Source: Octopus vulgaris (lineage: Eukaryota). From it: 64,000 bases of DNA. The notes beneath the pieces are model-generated. The model did not search any database, was not told the origin of the DNA, and saw only the letters and a list, made by a program, of their open reading frames with translations. This document shows positions 40,161-52,501 of the stretch, piece after piece; position 1 is the first letter of the stretch, and every line of letters begins with the position of its first letter. The stretch is taken from NCBI GenBank assembly GCA_951406725.2, contig OX597818.1, positions 72,726,001-72,790,000 of the forward strand. The letters are read 5' to 3'. The translations under genes and the position numbers were made by a program.

Positions 40161-41862
40161 AGCAATAATAATTCTCTAAAAGGGATATAGACAGTAACTG
40201 CTCGATAACATAAGGGACTAAAGCCATCTGAATATGGCTAGGGACAGGGCAGGGTGGTGGGGGTGTTACTGTTGCATTTAGCCCCAGGCGAACATCGACG
40301 TCACCAGAAAGGCTCGACACCGTCACGGTGCCCTAAACCTGCAAAGGGAGGTAATTCCCCGATGAAGCGGAAACCACACACGGACCATGGTTTCAAGGTG
40401 TATTGCCTATCATCGGCGTGTGGTAGGCCTCCGCTTCCTCGACGAATTCTCACTCTGCAGGATTTTCTTATATAGATTTTCAAGCAAAATACATTTGCTG
40501 ATTTCGAAAATCTGTTCGAAAGCAATAATAATTCTCTAAAAGGGATATAGACAGTAACTGCTCGATAACATAAGGGACTAAAGCCATCTGAATATGGCTA
40601 GGGACAGGGCAGGGTGGTGGGGGTGTTACTGTTGCATTTAGCCCCAGGCGAACATCGACGTCACCAGAAAGGCTCGACACCGTCACGGTGCCCTAAACCT
40701 GCAAAGGGAGGTAATTCCCCGATGAAGCGGAAACCACACACGGACCATGGTTTCAAGGTGTATTGCCTATCATCGGCGTGTGGTAGGCCTCCGCTTCCTC
40801 GACGAATGCTCACTCTGCAGGATTTTCTTATATAGATTTTCAAGCAAAATACATTTGCTGATTTCGAAATCTGTTCGAAAGCAATAATAATTCTCTAAAA
40901 GGGATATAGACAGTAACTGCTCGATAACATAAGGGACTAAAGCCATCTGAATATGGCTAGGGACAGGGCAGGGTGGTGGGGGTGTTACTGTTGCATTTAG
41001 CCCCAGGCGAACATCGACGTCACCAGAAAGGCTCGACACCGTCACGGTGCCCTAAACCTGCAAAGGGAGGTAATTCCCCGATGAAGCGGAAACCACACAC
41101 GGACCATGGTTTCAAGGTGTATTGCCTATCATCGGCGTGTGGTAGGCCTCCGCTTCCTCGACGAATTCTCACTCTGCAGGATTTTCTTATATAGATTTTC
41201 AAGCAAAATACATTTGCTGATTTCGAAAATCTGTTCGAAAGCAATAATAATTCTCTAAAAGGGATATAGACAGTAACTGCTCGATAACATGCCGATGATA
41301 GGCAATACACCTTGAAACCATGGTCCGTGTGTGGTTTCCGCTTCATCGGGGAATTACCTCCCTTTGCAGGTTTAGGGCACCGTGACGGTGTCGAGCCTTT
41401 CTGGTGACGTCGATGTTCGCCTGGGGCTAAATGCAACAGTAACACCCCCACCACCCTGCCCTGTCCCTAGCCATATTCAGATGGCTTTAGTCCCTTATGT
41501 TATCGAGCAGTTACTGTCTATATCCCTTTTAGAGAATTATTATTGCTTTCGAACAGATTTTCGAAATCAGCAAATGTATTTTGCTTGAAAATCTATATAA
41601 GAAAATCCTGCAGAGTGAGAATTCGTCGAGGAAGCGGAGGCCTACCACACGCCGATGATAGGCAATACACCTTGAAACCATGGTCCGTGTGTGGTTTCCG
41701 CTTCATCGGGGAATTACCTCCCTTTGCAGGTTTAGGGCACCGTGACGGTGTCGAGCCTTTCTGGTGACGTCGATGTTCGCCTGGGGCTAAATGCAACAGT
41801 AACACCCCCACCACCCTGCCCTGTCCCTAGCCATATTCAGATGGCTTTAGTCCCTTATGTTA
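40161..41862. mobile_element. Retrozyme-like array: three 360/359/360-bp direct units + 51 bp, then ~1.6 inverted units, in (TA)n
   Basis: Units start at 40161, 40521, 40880 and 41240; inversion junction at 41290/41291. Units are almost identical, with one hammerhead fold per unit. Confidence 0.85.
41646..41691 (+). ncRNA. Hammerhead fold of the 360-bp unit (minus-strand copies at 40377-40422, 40737-40782, 41096-41141)
   Basis: CACACG-CCGATGA-tAGG caataca CCTt-GAAA-CCATGG-TC-CGTGTG; stem I is extended by GAAGCGGA/TCCGCTTC. Confidence 0.7.
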
Positions 41863-41885
41863 TATATATATATATATATATATAA

Positions 41886-41931
<46 letters not shown>

Positions 41932-41955
41932 GTGTGTGTGATTGTGTATAGAAGA

Positions 41956-42030
<75 letters not shown>

Positions 42031-42132
42031 ATAAAGCTACTAACTATATAAACAAAAACGAACGAAAATAAATAATAGCACCATAATAGAATTGAAGAAA
42101 ATTGTAATGTTTTTAGAAAACTTAAAGGTATA

Positions 42133-42201
<69 letters not shown>

Positions 42202-42384
42202 CAGAGGAGAGGAAAAAGAGAAACAATGGAAGTGTGTGAATAAAGTTAATTTGATCGGTTAAGATATTTTTTAATGTTTGAGTAAATATTTCGATTTCAT
42301 CATATTTTAATTATTTTCGTAACGTAATCGATAGGGTTCAGACTTTTTAAAACATATTCTATAACATGTGAGTATAATTTTAAA

Positions 42385-42772
42385 TACTCTTTTACTCTTT
42401 TACTTGTTTCAGTCATTTGACTGCGGCCATGCTGGAGCACCGCCTTTAGTCGAGCAAATCGATCCCGGGACTTATTCTTTGTAAGTACTTATTCCATCGG
42501 TCTCCTTTGCCGAACCGCTAAGTGACGGGGACGTAAACACACCAGCATCGGTTGTCAAGCAATGCTAGGGGGACAAACACACACACACACACATATATAT
42601 ATACATATATACGACAGGCTTCTTTCAGTTTCCGTCTACCAAATCCACTCACAAGGCATTGGTCGCCCCGGGGCTATAGCAGAAGACACTTGCCCAAGAT
42701 GCCACGCAGTGGGACTGAACCCGGAACCATGTGGTTGGTTAGCAAGCTACTTACCACACAGCCACTCCAGCG
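42385..42772 (-). mobile_element. Full-length tRNA-derived SINE family 1
   Basis: Head TGGCTGTGTGG (A box)..GGTTCAGTCCC (B box), internal TA/TG run, GTAAAAGA tail. Other copies at 44456-44820 (-), 52100-52320 (+), 62175-62525 (-), 12120-12345 (+). Confidence 0.85.
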
Positions 42773-44852
42773 TTTATTATTTCTTTATACATTCATCATT
42801 TATGCCTTTATGGAGCAAGTTTATACAATATTCAGGAGAGTCAAAAAAGAGAAAAGAAATAGAAACAAAACAAAACAAGATAAATGCAAATAAAATGAAT
42901 ATTAATGAGCAATGAATTGCACAGAACGTGTTAAACGTATGAACAGCTTCAAGACTATAACATACAAAATAGACATGTTAAATATTTTAAGATGTTTGTT
43001 GTGTATAGAAATACAAGAGAAGGATTAGGACAAGAGTGTCACATGGGTTTTGAAATACGTCTTACTATAAAAACTAAAATATATCGAAATGCGTTATTTA
43101 CTGAATAAACAATTTACATTGAAATGCACACGCATTAGCATAGCATTTATAACATTCCCGACTGTAGATAACTGTTGGTTTAAATTCGTGAAGGTGCGTA
43201 ATGTAGTGGTTATGTTGTAGTAGTTACAAGAGTAATTCGTGATTTTGATTCCTGAACCGAGCATTTTATTGTGTTCTTGAGCAGAGCACTTCATTTCACG
43301 TTAAGGTGAAATACTGAGATCTGGACCACGTACACGCACTGGGAAACGTACCGCTCCTATTAGTCTTCTTAAATCTTTTTGGTGTGGTACAGTTATGTGC
43401 AATATACGTTATCGTGGTATTAGAGAAATCTAACCCACATGACACTTGAAATCATCTATATAGATTTCCTAAATCTATTTCATCTGTTAAATAATTTTCT
43501 TTTACACAGGCAATAAAACTAAAATTTTGGGAAGAACCTTCTTTAGATTAAACCAACCGTTTCACCAAACTGGTGTTCGTTAATAACTATGACTTCTTTA
43601 CTTGTGTGGCACATTATTTTATCTATCTCTTAAGGTGAAATCGCTTTTCCTGACTTACTAAAGATTCTGTCAGGTCATCTAAAATTAACAGAGAGAATCG
43701 ATCTGTTTATTTTCCTTTGTAATTGCATTAAGAAACCCTGACTAAAGAGAATTAATGTTGTCACAGGCGTTGTTAATTAAGCACTATTTTGATAATAATA
43801 CTGATAAATCACCTGCTCAAAGATATTATGTGATGTTTTATTGAATTATTGCCTTGAGAATTATTTAATGCTTTGTTTGAATCTCATATATATGTATATA
43901 TATATATATATATATATAATCAGAAATATTAAATTTCTAAATCTCTCATAGAGATATGTACGGTGGTAGGGCGATAGAATAGTTGTATACTGTCAATCTA
44001 ACGTGAACGTGACAGTAGGGGGTTACACCACCGCTGTTTAGCCCTAGGAAGCATCGACGCCTCCTGATGGCTTGGACATATTTTTCCTGTGTCCTTATAT
44101 ACGTTTACGAAGGGGAGACAAACACCCCCAGCAGCCAGGCCTGTCTTTACGTTCTGAGTTCAAATTTCACCGAGGTCGACTTTGCCTTTCGGGGTCGATA
44201 ATTTAAGTACCAGTTGGGTACTGTGGTCGATCTAATTGACTGTCCCCCTCCACCAAAGTTTCGGGTCCTGTGCCTAGAGTAGAAAAGCATATCTTTCGTT
44301 TCAAATATAGACGAATTTACGAAAATCAAGCGTTTATGAACAATTTGTACGGAACCCGCCCAGTGATTATGTAAAGTATCAATTGTTCTTCTCGAGGCTT
44401 AGGTTAAGAAGGTAAGTTTCCCTTGAAACTGTTGCATATCTATATATATAAACTCGCTTACTCTTATTATTTTACTTGTTTCAGTCATTTGACTGCACCC
44501 ATGCTGGAGCACCGCCTTTACTCGAGGAAATCGACACCAGGACTTATTCTTTGTAAGCCTAGTACTTATTCTATCGGTTTCTTACGCCGAACCGCTAAGT
44601 TAGGAGTGCGTAAACACACCAGCATCGGTTGTCAAGCGATGTGGGGGGGGGGGGGACAAACACACACACATATATATACATATATACGACTGGCTTCTTT
44701 CAGTTTCCGTCTGAGGCCATAGTAGAATACACATGCCCATGATGCCCTGCAGTGGGACTGAACCCGGAACCATGTGGTTGGTAAGCAAGCTACTTACCAT
44801 ACAGGCACTCCTACGCCTATGTATGTATGTATGTATGTATGTATATACACAC

Positions 44853-44900
<48 letters not shown>

Positions 44901-45039
44901 CATACAAACACACATACATCACAGAAGTAAACAGACACACCATAACACTTCGTCTTGTGTTTATTTTAACTTGAAAAGATTTGTATTTTTTATTAACTGG
45001 CATTTTCATGTTTCAGATTCTATAGGTGACTTTTTCATC

Positions 45040-45750
45040 ATACCATGTTCAAAAGAATATTTGGAACTGTCCGAATTTCAAAGAGGCCGTATTATTGGTC
45101 AATCTGAAGGTGGACTAATTCAGTGTAAAATCGCAGAAAACAACCTTAGGATCCATCTTTCTACAATTAATAGAGTGATAGTGCCATTCACCACGGAAAT
45201 GGAAGGGGTCAACATCACCGCGTCCAGGTCGACCAGGGCCCTCTGACAGGATCTTTCCCTGTGTTAAGAGAAGTATAGAGGATAATCCTCGTTGCAGGGC
45301 CTCTGACATATCAGAACAAATATCCACAAATTTGGCTAGTATGGCAGAGCAGCAAGAATGAAGCCACTTCTTCGACCAGCCAATATCAAGCGTAGAAAAT
45401 AATGGGCCGGTAAAAATGGTGGAGAGACTACTAGCATTTTGGGACACTGTCATATTCTCTGATGAGTCCGGATTTGACCTATTTTCTGAGAGTGGCTGAT
45501 TGCGTGTCTGGAGGCTCTGTAACCAACCAAGAAATTGACGTGAAAAGATTCAGCCAACAATGAAACGCAGTGGTTATTCTGTGATGGTCTGGGAAGCAAT
45601 TTGGAGCAATGGTTGATCAGAACTGTTGTAATGCGAGGGAAAAATAATCTTAGATAAATATGTGTCCATATTACAGAAAAAACACCTTCCAAATTTCTCC
45701 AGTGTTGAAATGTTTAAGGAAGGCATTTTATGGAAGATGGGGCTCCTTGT
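45040..45750 (+). mobile_element. Tc1 transposase remnant (N-terminal HTH to DDE)
   Basis: [40 protein letters not shown]; frameshifted. Confidence 0.8.
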
Positions 45751-45806
45751 CACACACACATATTTTACCCAGTGTCACTTTGATGGCATACATTTCTCTC
45801 TCACTC

Positions 45807-45878
<72 letters not shown>

Positions 45879-45879
45879 T

Positions 45880-46260
45880 GACACGGAACTATCAAGCCAA
45901 TTTGATGAAAAATGGTGTAGACCCAAAGTGCCATTACTGCAATAGTGGTATAAAAAAGGGCGACCATCTAATCTCTGGACGTAAGGTTTTAGCACCTGCA
46001 GAGTACAAGACATAACAGTGTTGGCCAATATCTACACTAGATAATGTGTCGGTATTATAAAATCAAAACTGCTGACAAATGGTACTAGCACAACCCTGAG
46101 GCTGTAACTGAAAATGTAACTATCGTTTGAAGTTTCCCTGTATGTACAGACCGGACCATCAAAGCAAAGAAACCGGATATTGTTGTGAAAGACTAAAACA
46201 ATAAAGTGTGTTTATTGATTGGCATGAGCATACCTTGTGACCATAGAATCTCGGCAAATT
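45880..46260 (+). mobile_element. R4/Dong-like restriction-like endonuclease remnant next to (AAT)n
   Basis: HLISG..LAPAEY..HNSVGQYLH..KWY..P..TDRTIKAKKPDIVV..C.LI..SIP.D. Confidence 0.7.
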
Positions 46261-46261
46261 T

Positions 46262-46777
46262 TTCAAAAGTGTCTTTTTGATCAGCCGAAAGCAGTTTTGG
46301 CGCAAACTTGGCAGGCAAGCGCCTCTTACCCAAATCTTCACTGATAATGAACTGAACCGTAACTGATCTGCACACCCTCTGATAACTCACGGATGGTGAG
46401 TCGACAATTTCCCCTAACAGCTGCACGCACATCTGCAATGCATATTCTCAATTCTGCTGTTTCTCCCAGAACATTCCTCAATATCCACAACTTTTCGGCC
46501 ATCTTTCCGAAACCTTGCGTAGGTTTCTGTGCAGGTATAGCCATGACATCTTACTCTGTCATGTTCAATACGACGATCACACGCTACACACATTCCTTTC
46601 AAGCACTGCTGTAAACAGTGGAATTGTGCTAGAACGTTTAACGTTCTAGCACATACGTATGCACAGACGTGTCGTAGATCAATCTGTGCCAATGAGCTTT
46701 GCTCTGCGTGCTTTAGCTTCTTTACTGTGTCCCGATACTCATTGACCAGAGTCCCGATACTCATTGACCAGACCTTG
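46262..46777 (-). mobile_element. Mariner transposon 5' remnant with a 22-bp tandem duplication at its terminus
   Basis: TIRELSEGVQISYGSVH, SEDLGKRRLPAKFAPKLLSADQK (WVP-like motif). GTCCCGATACTCATTGACCAGA occurs twice at ~46729-46772. Confidence 0.75.
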
Positions 46778-46789
46778 TCGAACCAGAAA

Positions 46790-49410
46790 GCGGTGTCATG
46801 TCAAAAAGTCAACCTGAACAAACAGACACGTCAATGCTTTAATTACAAGTCAAATCTAATGCTGGATTGGTCATAGCCAGGGACAAGGACCGCGTTACCC
46901 AGTGGGGAACCAGAGTGGGTTCAAAATGTCTGCTACTGGAACAAACTTTCAAAGATCGTACAACCCGGTAACGAAACCAGGATAACCCTGACCATAGACC
47001 TGTAGTGACATCACCAAAGACACCACCTGGATCAAAACGCATAAAATGGACTACAGAGGATTATAGAGATGTGCTGAAAGCTTCCTATACAGACCGACTA
47101 AACCCAAACAATAACCTTATTGTACAAACATAGACTTCATAGACAAACATAGAGAGCCGCTGCCAAAGCTCTCAAGCAGCATAAAAAATAACAACATAAT
47201 CATGATATTTTATTTTGCTCTTAGATCTTAAGAAATAAGGGAAATGAGCTAACAGCCTTGTAACTGCTCAACTATGTATCAGGACGACACAGTAAAAAAA
47301 CAACCATGACAATAGCCCTCCCAAGTGGAAAGTAGTAACACAAAAGAGGAGTAAATGTTAAGACAAAAGAAGCTAGGAAATGTTAAGACGAAACATTGTA
47401 GAAAAATCGAGCAAAAATATAAAATCAATGATTTTAAAAACATCCCTGCAACCAAGAAAATAGTGAAACAGCGAAAACAAGGGAAAAAAAAACAATGAAC
47501 TTTTATCGACAGAACAAGGTATTCAAGACGGATGCAAAAAAATTTGATAAGAAAATTAGCATAAGCTAGATAGAAGGAACAACCTAAGTCTGGAAGAGTT
47601 CTGGACGAAAATACGGAGCGACAAAAAATAATATAATGCCGAAGCTCATTGGATAGAACGTGTGGAAGTGTGACTGGATGAAGCTGAAGAACAGAAATGG
47701 GAGACAATAAGATCTAAAAAGTGTTCTTAGAAAGTCTTATAAATAGAAAGCCCCAATACTGGACCGGGTCCCTAACTTCTGGCTGAATTGTTTGACAGAA
47801 GTACACCAACATTTTGCTGTATTCCTAATTGGTGTCGTCTAGACCCCAGAGCAAATACCTGTCGCGCTGACCGAGGGAACAACATACGCTCTACCAAAAA
47901 CTTAGATCCTTAGAAAAACCCAGTCAGTTTAAATGTATGTGTCGTATTATATGAAAATATTTCACTAACTCCCCTTCCTAAGCTTTCAATTATATTGTAA
48001 TATCACTTACCCTTCACTCACCCTAGGACGCTGGGTGTGTCTCTGTAACACAGATGCAGATTAAAACAATAAGAACGACAACGACGACGACGATAATACA
48101 CCATCTACAAGATCTACTCATCGATACTAACTGAAAAAATATACACTTTCTTTGAACAGACGTCCTCCCTTCCACAAGCTCAAAAAGGCTGTAAAAGGAA
48201 TTCTTATGGATGCAAAGATGAATTACTCATAATAAAAAAACGATTATAGAGTATAGCATAGATTGACAACGGGAAGGTGTTTGATAGTGTCCCAGATAAC
48301 TGGCTACTCAAGGCCCTTGGTGTATAAAAGACCTCCTCTGTCATCTCCAAATTCTTACAATGTAGCATGGTCAAGTGGAATACACGCCTCCTTCTACACT
48401 ATAATAATAGGCAAGCCACTCTAACAACAACAACTTCAAGCGAGGCATCTTTCGATGTGACTCCCTCTCCCCATTACTCTTTTGCATGGCATTGATCCCA
48501 CTCTGGTATATAATATTATAGTAAACCCTCTAATTTATATAGATGATATGAAGCTGTTTGCTAGAAAAGGCGAAGCTAGTATGGCTGTTAACAACTGTTA
48601 AAGATTTCAGCAATGACATCGGGATGGATTTTCGTCTTGATAAGTATGCTAAAGCAACTTTTATAAGAGGCAACCTCAAGCAAACAGCCATCAAGGAGCC
48701 TGACCTACAAGAAAGCTGTAAATACCTGAGGATAAACGGAGATGATATGCTGAATACTACTATGAAGGAATCAATAAGAAAAGAGCATTACATGAGTAAG
48801 TCTCATACTAAAAACTGAACTCAACTCCAAAATTCGCAGCAAGTCCAATACAATTTTATCATCATTGACTGGTATCTTACAGAGATCCACTGCCTGTACA
48901 GGAAGACAAGAAAACTACTAACATCTAAGAACATGCAACACCCAAAAGCAGACGTTGGTCGTCTGTACCTACCTAGAAGTAAGGGGGTAGGAAAGATGCA
49001 GGTAGAACTGGGCTATAAGACCTCCCCAACAGCAATGAAGAAGTACTTATCTAGTACAAAGGACAGGATGCTGCGCCTTGTTTGCAAACACGTAAGCAGC
49101 AAAAATCACTTACTATTGTCAAGAAAGCTTGCAGATTCGCAAGGAAACATGGTATTAACCTTGAATTGGATGAAGAACCTGAAACCATTTCCACCAAACA
49201 AAGAAAACAGATCAAAGAGACTGAATAAGAGAACTGGCAGAAACAAATTGAGAAGCAGTAGAGCCAGAAGGCTTCACATGGACAGTATATACTTCGAACC
49301 CGAAATGCTAATGTACGCCAAACAACAACTCATCAGTGAATGAGAAACTCAGGGACTGAAAGCAAAGACTGAAGGTTTCATATTGGTGGCATTAGATCAA
49401 TGCTTGCTTA
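46790..49410 (+). mobile_element. Long degenerate R4/Dong-like non-LTR element
   Basis: Fragments KAP..D.V.NFWL, QKGCKRNSYGCKD, RGIF..DSLSPLLFC, DDMKLFA, FSNDIGMDF.LDK, HPKADVGRLYLPR..G, GLKAKTEGFI..DQ. Confidence 0.75.
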
Positions 49411-49679
49411 ATAATACTCTAGGCACAGGAACTGAAATTTAGAGGGTGGTGGCTAGTCGGTTATAACGAATCAATTGCTCAACTAGTACTTAATCAACCA
49501 GCGCCGAAAGGATGAATGACAAAGTCGATTCCAATGGAATTTCAGCCTAATTAACAACGTAAGGAGTTTATCCGGCATGCCTGCGCGCCATAATGCTTTC
49601 TAACATATTCTCAAACATTGTGTGAGGATTGTAGTCGATTATTCAAGTGTCTATAAATATGTACAATGCTAGTTTTGGT

Positions 49680-49965
49680 GTCATCAATGATAATGGTAAT
49701 GATGATGATGGTAACGATAATGAAGGATGATATGATGATTTTGGTGACGATGGTTGATGATGAAGATATTGCCGATGTTGATAAGGATCATGTAGCCTAT
49801 ACTGAGGACAAGCGTGCTGCTGATGGTGATAATGATGAGATTGGTGATGATGATGAGCTTGGTGATGACGATGATGATGAGCTTGGTGATGATGATGATG
49901 ATGATTTATGTTGATGACGATGAATACTGTAATGACAGCGACCACCATGACGTCAACGATGACGC
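49680..49965. repeat. Degenerate (GAT)n microsatellite
   Basis: Direct reading; it produces the spurious Asp/His/Met-rich ORFs. Confidence 0.85.
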
Positions 49966-50261
49966 TATAAATGAATCTATGCAATTATCAAAATCATCAC
50001 ACTTGATTTCCAGTTTGCTGTAGTTGTATACAACTTTCCAGCGTGCAATGTCCTTGTAATCACGATGCGTAATAGCATGTTACAGAGTCTGTCAATATCA
50101 CTCTGAGAAAATCAGCTTTCAGTAATATTTTAATAGAATTTATTGCCATTACCCTTTGGTTGCATGTTTCCTGTTATTTTTTATAGTTATTTTTGCATTT
50201 GCATATACTTTACATACATACATCCATACATACACACAGGCACACACATATATACATACAT

Positions 50262-50309
<48 letters not shown>

Positions 50310-50345
50310 ACACATGCGTGTGTATGTACACAAATTTATGTATCC

Positions 50346-50394
<49 letters not shown>

Positions 50395-50473
50395 AACACG
50401 CATGCGTATGTATATAATATAAATAAACATGTGTGTGTGTGTGTGCGTGTGTGTGTACACAAATGAATGTATG

Positions 50474-50540
<67 letters not shown>

Positions 50541-50810
50541 TAATAGAAATTCCCAAGGACTCCTTTTAGATTAAAAAATGATTTAAATGGGTTTGTTATA
50601 TGAGGGGAAAAGAAAAAAACATAAAATTTGAAATAACCATAACAACGACAAAACCTTTTGGTAGCTTCAATTTATGTGAGAATATAGATTTTAATCAATG
50701 GTTGTTATTTCTCCAACATGAGCGATGAAACGAGAAAAGATTTCAGAATTCTGATTTAATTTCGAAAACAAATTTGACATGTAATTTTCGGGTGTATTTC
50801 CTTGAAGTTG

Positions 50811-50870
<60 letters not shown>

Positions 50871-52349
50871 ATATATGTTTGTGTGTATGTGTGTGTATAC
50901 ATGAATATATATTATTTTATTCTAATAGAAAATCTGTAGATTTTGTAAGAGCAATTTCCTGTAGCAATTCCGTTATTAGGAGATGACTGGGGAGAGAGAA
51001 AATTAATGTATAAGTGTATATAAAATTGATAATATGATGCTTCTTTGTAAGGACGACACCCAATATCACTAAAATATCATTTAAGATGTTTCTGATGTTC
51101 AAGCCTGAGGACGGTTTCAATAAAGAAATCGTTCACAACAATTATCTCGTTATTTTTGAAAACACTATAAACAGCTTCATGCTTAATCCATCTGCGTACG
51201 TTAGCAGGTCATATCGGAACACAGCCAACTGGTAAGGGCATTGAGTTCACGATGAAGAGGTTATGGGTTCTAATCTTGGACCGAATGACAACATCATATC
51301 GTTGGGCACGTCACTTTAAGTTATGTAACTGTTATCAAATCAGCTGAAAAAGAGTATCGACAGTGAGATGGTAGAGCCGTCTCTCCACCCAGCCTAAATG
51401 TTTAAGAGCATGAAATGAAATGGAGCCAAAATATATGTCACCTCGCCACTAGATTACACTAAAAGTCACGTGATATAATATCACAGTATATACGAAGTTC
51501 ATAGTCTTTCGTGAGGAACAGTTATGCTATGACTTGTTGGTAAACATTCAACGTAACGATAACATCGTTTACATTTATGCTAAGACTTGTTGATGGTTTG
51601 ATTAACTATATAATCAAAGACGTTTCGACTGCGACCATCCAACTTGCATGTTTAACTTAGTTTCAATATCCTGTTTGTAACAGTAGAGTGGCATTCGCGA
51701 GAGATTTGGTATTTGTTTCTAGCAAATCTAGGGGTAACGTAGAGTTTCCTAGGATAATTTCTGCAGAGTCGTATTTTCAAAGTATTCTCTATCGTCTAGG
51801 AATAGTGGAGTAATTTATATATATATATATACAGCAAATAAGTAACAATGATGTCAAGGTATTAGTGCATTACAGCCGTTTCGGGCGGATCCACTTCATC
51901 GTTCAATACAAGCATTACCTCAATTTGAAATATACCGCCTTGCATCGATCGATAAAATAGAGCTGTCTGAAACGGCAGTCATGCACAGATACCTTGGCAT
52001 CCTTGTTACAAATTCGCATTTTATTCAACTTACTTCGATCTGTGCAGATAATACCAGACTGACTTGGTGCCTAAGTACACAAATGTATATGTATATATAT
52101 ATGCCTGTCTGTGTGTTTGTGTGTCTGTGTTTGTCCCCCCAACATCGCTTGACAACCGTTGCTGGTGTGTTTACGTCCCCGTAACTTAGCGGTTCGGCAA
52201 AAGAAACCGATATAATACGTACTAGGCTTACAAAGAATAAGTCCTGGGGTCAATTTGCTCGACCAAAGGCGGTGCTCCAGCATGGCCGTTTGTCAAATGA
52301 CTGAAACAGGTAAAAGAATATATATATACACACACACACACACACGCAC

Positions 52350-52391
<42 letters not shown>

Positions 52392-52470
52392 GTATATACA
52401 TATATATTTATATACATACATATATACATATCCATGAACATATACATATGTACATACACACACATACACA

Positions 52471-52501
<31 letters not shown>

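Noticed and set aside
40161-41862. CRISPR array, or repeated small genes (68-74 aa ORFs) in the 360-bp array
   Set aside because: Whole units are near-identical with no unique spacers, the context is eukaryotic, and the ORFs use non-ATG starts and have no recognisable domain.
45459-45485. CTGATGAG hammerhead-like core
   Set aside because: It is the FSDES codons of the Tc1 transposase, with no GAAA or stem arrangement.
51100-51135. CTGAGGA followed by a hairpin
   Set aside because: No GAAA-palindrome-UH or stem I partner after the hairpin.
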